Of a stretch of 15,363 nt of DNA, positions 9,145-15,363 are shown one piece after another. Position numbers and translations under genes: made by a program. The first letter of the stretch is position 1, and each line of letters starts with the position of its first letter. The DNA is from Armatimonadota bacterium. Lineage in GTDB: Bacteria > Armatimonadota > UBA5829 > DTLH01. The stretch covers positions 1 through 15,363 of the forward strand of contig JBDKSP010000068.1 of NCBI GenBank assembly GCA_039680575.1, in the 5' to 3' direction. The notes beneath the pieces are model-generated. The model was given only the letters and a program-made list of their open reading frames with translations, ran no database searches and was not told the DNA's origin.

Positions 9145-10232
9145 AAAGTCAACCTTGCCTTGGCGCTCAGTCTCTTCAGCAGTAATGGCAATCCATTCTC
9201 GACCTTGAATGCTCCTGCAACCTGATCATTCTTTTCGGGGGCCTTCTCCAGGCGCTCGATAAGATACGCTGGAATTGCATCGATTCTGTTCAGATAACCC
9301 ATCAGGGTGTTGGCATGGCGATAGCTGGTTGCTGACTCAAACCGAGCGACAAGTGCTTCAGTTACGCGGGGTTCCAAACTCGGCAGCTTCGCAAACATGA
9401 TCTCGAACAGGCTCTTAGCGAGTATGTGTGCTGCTTTGCCGTAACCGGGAAAGGCTTGATACTTGCCGATGAATCCGTAAGGGTCTCTGCCGAGTTTCAC
9501 AGGTATCACCGGAACTTGGCGGCCGATGGCGACACCGACCTCTTGATCGGTCCAATTGCTGTTATGGAACTCGGGAGTAAGTAAAGCCACAAGCACTTCC
9601 ATACTGAGAAGTGCATTCTCTATCTCACCTTGCCACTGACGTGTGGGTTCAATGTCTTCATGTGCGACAAAGCAAGTGACTCCGTAGTTTGCAAACTCGT
9701 TCTTTAGGTCGGCAGCCTCCACCTTATGCTCTGCCTTGTGGCTCAGAAACACCCTCAGAAATCCAGGGTTCTTCCATAGGTCATCGTAGTCGCTCGGCAG
9801 TTTCGTATTCTCAGAAACACCAGCAGAGATCGTGAGAGCTATAGTGTCTGGTTCTTCACCGATAGCTGCAATGCGCTGTTTGCTCACAATCTTGGCCGCG
9901 TCTTTGATTTCAATGGTAACTCCAGAAATCCACTCGTTGGCGACTCTGGCGATGTCATTGATGCGCTTTTTGATCTCCTCCTCAATTTTGGCCAAATCAT
10001 CGATGATATCGAAGTATACGGTAGAAGGCACCTTGAGATGAACCATGTGCCCGTACTGGCCACCGTTCCAGTTGTCGTAGTCGTAACTCTCCTCGACTTC
10101 ATAATCCGATTTCACGAGGAGATCGCGCATCAATACTTTGCCCTTGCGATCATAGTCTTCGGCTAGAATCGCTGCCAGGTTTTCCAGCTTCCTGGGCAAC
10201 TCATATTTGTATGTCGCACTAGCTTCGGCCAC
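9141..10232 (-). CDS. TIR domain-containing protein (TIR_2-like) with ~150-aa N-terminal domain
   Basis: RVFLSHKAEHK, CFVAHEDIEPTRQWQGEIENAL, SNWTDQEVGVAIG (catalytic-position Glu retained, codon 9540-9542), VIPVKLG. GTG start with GGAGG upstream. Confidence 0.88.
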   Translation of the reverse strand: MAEASATYKYELPRKLENLAAILAEDYDRKGKVLMRDLLVKSDYEVEESYDYDNWNGGQYGHMVHLKVPSTVYFDIIDDLAKIEEEIKKRINDIARVANEWISGVTIEIKDAAKIVSKQRIAAIGEEPDTIALTISAGVSENTKLPSDYDDLWKNPGFLRVFLSHKAEHKVEAADLKNEFANYGVTCFVAHEDIEPTRQWQGEIENALLSMEVLVALLTPEFHNSNWTDQEVGVAIGRQVPVIPVKLGRDPYGFIGKYQAFPGYGKAAHILAKSLFEIMFAKLPSLEPRVTEALVARFESATSYRHANTLMGYLNRIDAIPAYLIERLEKAPEKNDQVAGAFKVENGLPLLLKRLSAKARLTL

Positions 10233-10289
10233 GCGCTACCCTCCGCATTACAGAACCTGGAATGGATATCATATCAATCCACCTCCTGA

Positions 10290-10490
10290 CTACGTTCTGG
10301 GTTCGTTCCTTTCCCTATCATCTGCTCCGCCGGACATAACCCATTCATCGACTTCCTCTTGGCGAAACTTCCATCGCCTGCCAACTCTATGGCCCGGCAT
10401 TTTCTTGCTGTCGACCCAACGGTATACGCTGTCGCGCGTAACTCCTAGATAGGTAGCGATCTCCTCAACCGAAAGCCAGCGATCTTTCAT
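10290..10490 (-). CDS. Excisionase-family (HTH_17 / MerR-like winged helix) DNA-binding protein
   Basis: WLSVEEIATYLGVTRDSVYRWV..MPGHRVGRRWKF..EVDEWV; RBS GAGGAG immediately upstream. Confidence 0.9.
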   Translation of the reverse strand: MKDRWLSVEEIATYLGVTRDSVYRWVDSKKMPGHRVGRRWKFRQEEVDEWVMSGGADDRERNEPRT

Positions 10491-10597
10491 TCTGCTCCTC
10501 CGTCCAACCCGACCTCACAGTCGAACTACTACGAGACTGCTCTGTGTGAGAGGGCGGAAGTGTGATGTTATGACGACCAAGCTGAGTCGTCGTATTG

Positions 10598-10606
10598 ATT
10601 ATAGCA
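10598..10606 (-). promoter_or_regulatory. Putative extended -10 sigma70 promoter for the leftward operon
   Basis: Minus strand reads TGcTATAAT (perfect TGn-TATAAT), about 108 bp upstream of the HTH start codon; no good -35. Confidence 0.6.
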
Positions 10607-10730
10607 GACGAGCTGGACTTTTACCAGCCGACGTTTTACGATTAGAGCGATTCAATACGACTGGTCTTGACTCTATCTAGCTTGTGCAGGTTTCGATGAC
10701 ACATTCTCGATACTCCAAGAATGTGCGCAA

Positions 10731-10770
10731 ATTCTTGAGAACGGGGTTCTCTCAACCCGTTCTCAAGAAT
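10731..10770. repeat. Perfect 15-bp inverted repeat
   Basis: ATTCTTGAGAACGGG (10731-10745) / CCCGTTCTCAAGAAT (10756-10770), 10-nt spacer. Confidence 0.9.
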
Positions 10771-10994
10771 AGAGATAACCATCGATTAGAAAGATAAATG
10801 CGAGGTAAATGCGGAGTCTGAGACGCTAGCCCCGTTTCCGAGATTTGGTCGGAGCTATATTGGGTTAAGTGTTGGATTCGTGCTCAGATTCGTGTCTACA
10901 ACGTCGGGACAGCCCTCATAAACAGGAAAAGCAAACCAACAGAGAGGTGATTTTCGTCTCAAGTTTGGTGCCCCAAGAATTCACGCAAACTCAT

Positions 10995-11025
10995 CTTGAG
11001 AACGGGCTTTGCCCCCGTTCTCAAG
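10995..11025. repeat. Perfect 12-bp inverted repeat, second copy of the same motif
   Basis: CTTGAGAACGGG (10995-11006) / CCCGTTCTCAAG (11014-11025), 7-nt spacer. Confidence 0.9.
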
Positions 11026-11186
11026 TTTCAGAGAGAACTGGCGGAAAGAGAGATAAACGGGGGCAAATGTGGGGCCTGGAGCAGTAACCCCGTTCTTAAG
11101 ATTGGGCGGGTGCTACATCGGGTGAAACAGCAAATTTGAGCTTGATTTCACGCGTGGAATGGCTAAGCGGAGGCCATATACGACGA

Positions 11187-11221
11187 AAGCGGAAAACCAC
11201 CACAGAGATGATTTTCCGCTT
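11187..11221. terminator. Terminator-like hairpin
   Basis: AAGCGGAAAA (11187-11196) / TTTTCCGCTT (11212-11221), perfect 10-bp arms; direction of action unclear. Confidence 0.45.
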
Positions 11222-11227
11222 CACTTT

Positions 11228-11248
11228 TGGTAGCCCCGAAGGGGTTCG
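11228..11248 (-). other. tRNA 3'-end-like fragment (candidate att site remnant)
   Basis: Minus strand CGAAC-CCCTT-CGGGGCT-A-CCA fits tRNA positions 56-76 (T-loop end, 5-nt T stem, 7-nt acceptor strand, discriminator, CCA); no 5' tRNA body present. Confidence 0.4.
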
Positions 11249-11405
11249 TTGGCCTGACCAAACGTTCAGATTGAGCTGGAGAAACAGGGTTTTTGAACGT
11301 GAATTGATGGAGGTTTGAGGGTGATTCGTTGGCATGTATAGCTTACGAATCATCTTCTGCCGATGCATACACTATTAATGCTCGAGTAGTGGTGACAAGC
11401 GGCGT

Positions 11406-11444
11406 TGTCGGCTATCATGCATTTGCATTGCATGGTAGCCGACA
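11406..11444. repeat. 16-bp hairpin / inverted repeat
   Basis: TGTCGGCTATCATGCA (11406-11421) / TGCATGGTAGCCGACA (11429-11444); 15/16 Watson-Crick, and the single exception is a U-G pair in a plus-strand RNA. Confidence 0.85.
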
Positions 11445-11643
11445 GGTAACTGCATGTACCTGCCACGCATGCCTGAAGACTTGGCAGGGCTGGCATCTGC
11501 GTCAGTGTCAACAGTTCTGCGGTGTGTGAATTAGTGCTTCCGCCACCGATAGCATCGGAATTATTGCCCGACATTTCTCAGGTGTCAGATGGATGGAGTT
11601 TCGTGATTTCCCATTACGCCACCCTAAAGATCGCGCAGCAACA

Positions 11644-11697
11644 TGTCAAGAATATAGTACATATAACTTGACAAAAGTGGTCTGCTAGGGGCATAAT
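11644..11697 (+). promoter_or_regulatory. Sigma70 promoter of the abiE operon with overlapping palindromic operator
   Basis: TTGACA (11668-11673), 18-bp spacer, CATAAT (11692-11697). Inverted repeat TGTCAAG (11644-11650) / CTTGACA (11667-11673), centred on GTAC, overlaps the -35. Confidence 0.7.
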
Positions 11698-11729
11698 AAA
11701 TTGTAAAAGCGATCTACGAGGACTAGGCA

Positions 11730-12455
11730 ATGCGATCAGTTACGAAGAATAAACAGGAGAGGTCAGTCGCGTCGGCGATCAGAGAGGCTATCTTGCAATC
11801 AACTGACAGGATCTGGATATACACGGACTTTAACAGCATGCCACCTGCGGCAGTTAGCCAGGCATTATCCCGACTTTATCGTGAGGGGCTGGTTAAGCGC
11901 GTACGCAAAGGGGTTTATTATCGCCCAAAGCAGACTGTTCTGGGTGAAAGCAAGGTTTCGCTTGCTGCCTTGATCTCGAAGCTTCTCCCATCCGATGCTC
12001 GCCCTACCGGCTACACCGCCGCACGAGTGCTTGGGCTAAGCACGCAGGTGCCTGTTGAGCCATCATACGCCGTTTCCAAGACAAAGGCGCCAGCAAGCGT
12101 GGCTGGTGTAAAGGTCACAGTCCGCCGCCCTGTCTCCAGCGTCTGCGTAGGCACGCGGGAAGCTGCCATCCTGGAGTTTCTGCGCGAGAGGGGCGAAACA
12201 AGTGAGCGTTCCCCAGAGGAAACTGTTTATAGGCTGCTGCGCATCATCAAAGAGCCAGGAATGTTTGCCAATCTGGCCGAAGCAGCAATGCAGGAACCGC
12301 CGCGAGTGCGAGCTATGCTCGGGGCGCTGGGACAGGAGGCAATAACCAGAAAATCAGAACTTGTGAAGCTAAGATCGTCATTGAACCCACTGTCCAGGTA
12401 CGACTTCGGGCGACTGCGATGCATGAGATATGCTAAGGAGTGGCTAGCGAAATGA
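11730..12455 (+). CDS. abiEi: Type IV TA antitoxin / transcriptional regulator, AbiEi-like (DUF6088)
   Basis: N-terminal wHTH AVSQALSRLYREGLVKRVRKGVYY; PTGYTAARVLGLSTQVP motif; lies directly upstream of an AbiEii toxin with ATGA overlap. Confidence 0.85.
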   Translation: MRSVTKNKQERSVASAIREAILQSTDRIWIYTDFNSMPPAAVSQALSRLYREGLVKRVRKGVYYRPKQTVLGESKVSLAALISKLLPSDARPTGYTAARVLGLSTQVPVEPSYAVSKTKAPASVAGVKVTVRRPVSSVCVGTREAAILEFLRERGETSERSPEETVYRLLRIIKEPGMFANLAEAAMQEPPRVRAMLGALGQEAITRKSELVKLRSSLNPLSRYDFGRLRCMRYAKEWLAK

Positions 12456-13429
12456 AGCTTTTTGAGCACGAGGACTTTGGTCCGATTCTCACCGAAACGA
12501 CCGCCTGGTTAAAAGAGCAGCACGGCTTGGAACGCATCAGCGCCCAGATCGTGGAGAAGGACTACTATGTCACTCAAGTCCTGCGTGCCATCGCAACAAA
12601 CTTCAGCGGCACAGTCCTGTTCAAAGGCGGCACCAGTCTTTCCAAAGGCTGGGGGCTGATCCAGCGCTTTTCTGAGGATGTGGACCTGTTTCTTAACCCA
12701 AAGGCTTTCGACCCACCGCTCGGGGAAAGCAGGATACAAAAGACGCTGTTCAAGATGAGAGACATGGTTGGAGAGCAGCAGGGGCTGACATGGCTGCGTA
12801 ATGATTCCAAGGTTGACAAGAAGTCCCGTGGCGACGTTTATGGCTACAAGGCGCATTACGAAGACAATCCCGATATTCCTTCTGAAGTGCTAATGGAGGC
12901 GGGCATCAGGAGCGGCCATTACCCTAACGAGCAAATCAGTCTGGATTCCTATGTAGCTGAGTTCTTACGCACGAGAGGTTTGGGTGATATTGCCGAGGAT
13001 CTTGAGCCTTTCCCGATGACGCTTCTCCACTTCAGGCGGACGTTTGTTGAGAAGCTTTATACGATCTACTCCAAGGTTGAGCTGATGGTGAGTAACAACG
13101 AGCCGAGTCTTGGCGATAATGCCAGGCACTATTATGATCTGGCGCAACTCGCACGCCGGCCGGAAGTGCAGACAATGTTTCGCTCACCTGAGGAGATGGA
13201 GGAGATAATCGACGACTATTACACGGTTACAGAGAAGCATTTTCCGAAGACGCCGCTACCTGATGATCGCCGTCTGTGCAATAGCAGAGCTCATTTCCCG
13301 GACAGAATCCTGAGGGCAAGCCTTGCAAATACATATTCGGTACAATGCGGCAGGCTGTGCTACACTCGCGACTACCCAACTTTCGATGAGGTTTTAGGCG
13401 AGTTCGAAAAGATCCGCGAATTTATCTGA
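12452..13429 (+). CDS. abiEii: Nucleotidyltransferase toxin, AbiEii/AbiGii family
   Basis: VEKDYYV, LFKGGTSLSK, RFSEDVDL, TFVEKL and RHYYDL motifs. ATG 12452 is preferred over GTG 12440 because it overlaps the antitoxin stop (ATGA) and follows AAGGAG (12435-12440). Confidence 0.92.
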   Translation: MKLFEHEDFGPILTETTAWLKEQHGLERISAQIVEKDYYVTQVLRAIATNFSGTVLFKGGTSLSKGWGLIQRFSEDVDLFLNPKAFDPPLGESRIQKTLFKMRDMVGEQQGLTWLRNDSKVDKKSRGDVYGYKAHYEDNPDIPSEVLMEAGIRSGHYPNEQISLDSYVAEFLRTRGLGDIAEDLEPFPMTLLHFRRTFVEKLYTIYSKVELMVSNNEPSLGDNARHYYDLAQLARRPEVQTMFRSPEEMEEIIDDYYTVTEKHFPKTPLPDDRRLCNSRAHFPDRILRASLANTYSVQCGRLCYTRDYPTFDEVLGEFEKIREFI

Positions 13430-13509
13430 CCCACCTGCACTACGTGACATATATACAAATCGCTGTAACCAGGGACTAATGCATGTCTCTTTATGTATTA
13501 ACTCATTAT

Positions 13510-13648
13510 GACCTGCTTTATGCTGAGATACGAACGCGCGCTGGCATAAAACGATGCCGGTCAAAAAGGAAGATACCGCGGTGAGTTGGAAAAGCTCTAC
13601 GCCGACGCGCCCGCTTATGAAGATGTGGCGCAGAGGTTGGGATTATAG
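13510..13648 (+). pseudogene. 3' remnant of a TPR-repeat protein gene
   Basis: Frame from 13523 translates LRYERALA*NDAGQKGRYRGELEKLYADAPAYEDVAQRLGL*, a TPR helix pair with an in-frame TAA (13547-13549) where Tyr is expected. The upstream DLLYA is in a shifted frame. Confidence 0.65.
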
Positions 13649-13687
13649 CCTTCCGAGTTCATTTCAGGCCATTAGAAGGATATCAGC

Positions 13688-14123
13688 ATGGACGAAGTAT
13701 ATGATCGTGAAAAACTCTACGAAGAGATATGGCGAGAACCTGTCACAACGGTAGCCAAGAGGTATGGCGTCTCGGATGTCGCTCTGCATAAGGCCTGCAA
13801 AAGGTTGAATGTGCCAATGCCACCACGAGGTTACTGGGCGAAGGTGCAGGCTGGTCAGGCGTTAGAGAAAACGCCTCTCCACAAAACCGATGGGCCAAAA
13901 ACAATCATCCGTCACATCGCACCAAAATCAGCTGTCGATGCATCCACGACAGAAGCTCCTGAGCGTTTTTCGTTTTTGTCCGAGGAAGAGAGAGCCACGG
14001 TTATTGAAATATGCGACGCTGTTAAGGTTCAGGAGAAACTTCTGAAGCCACATCCGCTTATCAAACAAGATAAAGAACTGCGCGTGGACAAGAGGCGCAA
14101 AGAGCGGGAAGCAGAATTGAGTT
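13688..14123 (+). pseudogene. Conserved HTH-like hypothetical protein interrupted by IS3
   Basis: REKLYEEIWREPVTTVAKRYGVSDVALHKACKRLNVPMPPRGYWAK is an HTH-like N-terminus; RBS AAGGA upstream. The IS end begins at 14124, so the last 14 aa of the 13688-14167 ORF are IS-derived. Confidence 0.75.
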
Positions 14124-14153
14124 TGGACTGGCTCTTCAAAAACGGACACTTTG

Positions 14154-15056
14154 TTAGGCTGCTTTAGCTGCTGCATCTTCAAACTCTACGGGGCTCATGT
14201 AGCCCAGGTATGAGTGAATGCGCTGCCTGTTATAAAACACTTCGATAAAATCGAAGATTTCCCTTCTCGCCTGCTCCCTGGTCTCGAACTTGGCGCCGTA
14301 TATCAACTCCTTCTTTAAGGTCGAAAAGAATGTTTCAGCGACCGAATTATCCCACGGATCGCCTTTTCGACTCATCGACGGTTGCATCTTTTCGCGCCGG
14401 ATGACTTTCTGATAGTCGCCACAAGCATACTGAACACCTCGATCTGAGTGATGAATCAGACCGGGAGCCGGTTTCCTCGCAGCAATCGCCATCTCCAGCG
14501 CATCAATTGCAATCTTACTCTTTAGACTCTCGCTCATCGACCAACCGACCACTTTTCTTGAATACAGATCGATTACCGTCGCCAGAAACAACCAGCCCTC
14601 GTCGGTCCAAATGTAGGTGATGTCGCTGGCCCACACCTGGTCGCGATAGTCGACCCGAAAGTTCCTCATAAGCAGATTCGGATAGGTCTCCAAACCGTGC
14701 TTTGAGTCGGTCGTGATCTTGAAACGACGTCTTCGCTTCGGCAACAGACCCAGCTTACGCATCAATCGACCGATTCGATTGCGCGTGCAGCGAATGTGCT
14801 TTTTTCGCAGCTCACGACATATTCGACGGCTGCCATAGGTTTTGCGGCTGTCCTCAAAGATCGTGCTGATGTGTTCGCAGAGTTCATTGTCTTCGCGCCT
14901 GCGAACTCCATCGGGATCCTTGAGCCAACCGTAGAAACCGCTGGCCGATACCTTGAGCACTCTGCACATCGACGATACGTGGAACTGACTCTGGTTTTCC
15001 TTTACAAATGAGTATCTTACGGCAATTCCCTCGTGAAGATACCCATCGCTTTTTTT
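14154..15056 (-). CDS. IS3 transposase OrfB (DDE/rve domain), expressed as an OrfAB fusion via -1 frameshift
   Basis: YGSRRI, WASDITY, HHSDRGVQY, DNSVAETFFSTLKKE, FYNRQRIHSYLGY. The frame is open upstream of ATG 14969 back to the A7 run at 15056-15050. Confidence 0.93.
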   Translation of the reverse strand, partial: KKSDGYLHEGIAVRYSFVKENQSQFHVSSMCRVLKVSASGFYGWLKDPDGVRRREDNELCEHISTIFEDSRKTYGSRRICRELRKKHIRCTRNRIGRLMRKLGLLPKRRRRFKITTDSKHGLETYPNLLMRNFRVDYRDQVWASDITYIWTDEGWLFLATVIDLYSRKVVGWSMSESLKSKIAIDALEMAIAARKPAPGLIHHSDRGVQYACGDYQKVIRREKMQPSMSRKGDPWDNSVAETFFSTLKKELIYGAKFETREQARREIFDFIEVFYNRQRIHSYLGYMSPVEFEDAAAKAA

Positions 15057-15304
15057 AGGATGTCACGCTCTTCCTGCGTGCGTTTGAGCTCGCGGCGCAG
15101 TCGGATCAGCTCGGCATGTTCATCCGGCCCGAGATTTCTCGATCCATTAGGTTTTGGTTTTGTGCCGAATTGGCGCACCCATTTGCGAAGCATCTCGGCA
15201 TTCACACCAAGGTTCTCGGCAATCCTGCTGACGGGCAAATCACCGCATTCCGCCATCTTTACTGCTTCGGTTTTGAACTCATTGCTATACTGTTTTCGTT
15301 TCAA
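15017..15304 (-). CDS. IS3 transposase OrfA (HTH + leucine zipper)
   Basis: YSNEFKTEAV..IAENLGVNAEMLRKWV; ELIRLRRELKRTQEERDILKKA. TTG start preceded by GGAGG and by TATAAT (15326-15321). Confidence 0.93.
   Translation of the reverse strand: MKRKQYSNEFKTEAVKMAECGDLPVSRIAENLGVNAEMLRKWVRQFGTKPKPNGSRNLGPDEHAELIRLRRELKRTQEERDILKKAMGIFTRELP
15049..15056 (-). promoter_or_regulatory. Programmed -1 frameshift site A AAA AAA G
   Basis: orfA reads CTA AAA AAA GCG; the -1 frame gives KKSDGYLHEGIAVRYSFVKENQSQFHVSSMCRVLK, continuous with OrfB. Confidence 0.8.
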
Positions 15305-15363
15305 CTGACACCTCCACTAGATTATACTGCTAACTTGGTGTCCGTTTAACAAAGTACAGTCCA

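Larger units (their letters stand above)
14124..15363 (-). mobile_element. IS3-family insertion sequence, 1240 bp, apparently complete
   Basis: TG...CA ends. Terminal IRs TGGACTGgctcTTcaaAAACGGACAC (14124-14149) and TGGACTGtactTTgttAAACGGACAC (15363-15338) match at 19/26 positions. Contains orfA + orfB. Confidence 0.95.

Noticed and set aside
894..10041. Numerous short plus-strand and alternative-frame ORFs
   Set aside because: They are shadows of the long minus-strand genes with no recognisable motifs.
9141..10232. Thoeris, CBASS or Pycsar assignment for the TIR gene
   Set aside because: No ThsA (Sir2/SLOG or Macro-TM) and no nucleotide cyclase nearby.
10731..11103. CRISPR array
   Set aside because: The repeats are inverted pairs with irregular spacing, not direct repeats with uniform spacers; no cas genes.
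11228..11310. Complete tRNA gene
   Set aside because: Only 21 nt resemble a tRNA 3' end; GTTC, the D arm and the anticodon arm are absent.
10869..11574. Short ORFs 10869-11087, 11096-11368, 11329-11529 and 11350-11574
   Set aside because: They run through inverted repeats, have atypical composition and lack clear RBS or motifs.
11330..11590. Retron msr-msd
   Set aside because: A long stem with flanking complementary ends is suggestive, but no reverse transcriptase is encoded in the window.
13554..13754. 66-aa ORF
   Set aside because: It is an off-frame reading of the TPR remnant and overlaps the 13688 gene.
14120..14123. IS target-site duplication
   Set aside because: The other flank lies outside the window, so it cannot be tested.

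Overview
Accessory, defence-island-like window. On the minus strand, an Xis/HTH_17-type regulator heads a run of five candidate anti-phage genes. The first four overlap stop-to-start (TIR protein, AbiJ_NTD3/Abi_C protein, Zn-ribbon + HEPN-like protein, Mrr-like nuclease); the fifth is a ~1975-aa DUF4011/SF1-helicase/Vsr-like nuclease/DUF3320 protein (Hhe-like). A 1.2-kb non-coding spacer (10491-11729) holds promoters, a repeated palindromic motif, a tRNA-3'-end-like segment beside a hairpin (possible att scar) and a hairpin-rich block. On the plus strand there is an AbiEi/AbiEii type IV toxin-antitoxin pair, a TPR-like pseudogene remnant missing from the ORF track, and an HTH-like gene cut by a complete 1240-bp IS3-family element that ends exactly at the window edge. 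All family assignments come from motif recognition by eye; no database searches were run.
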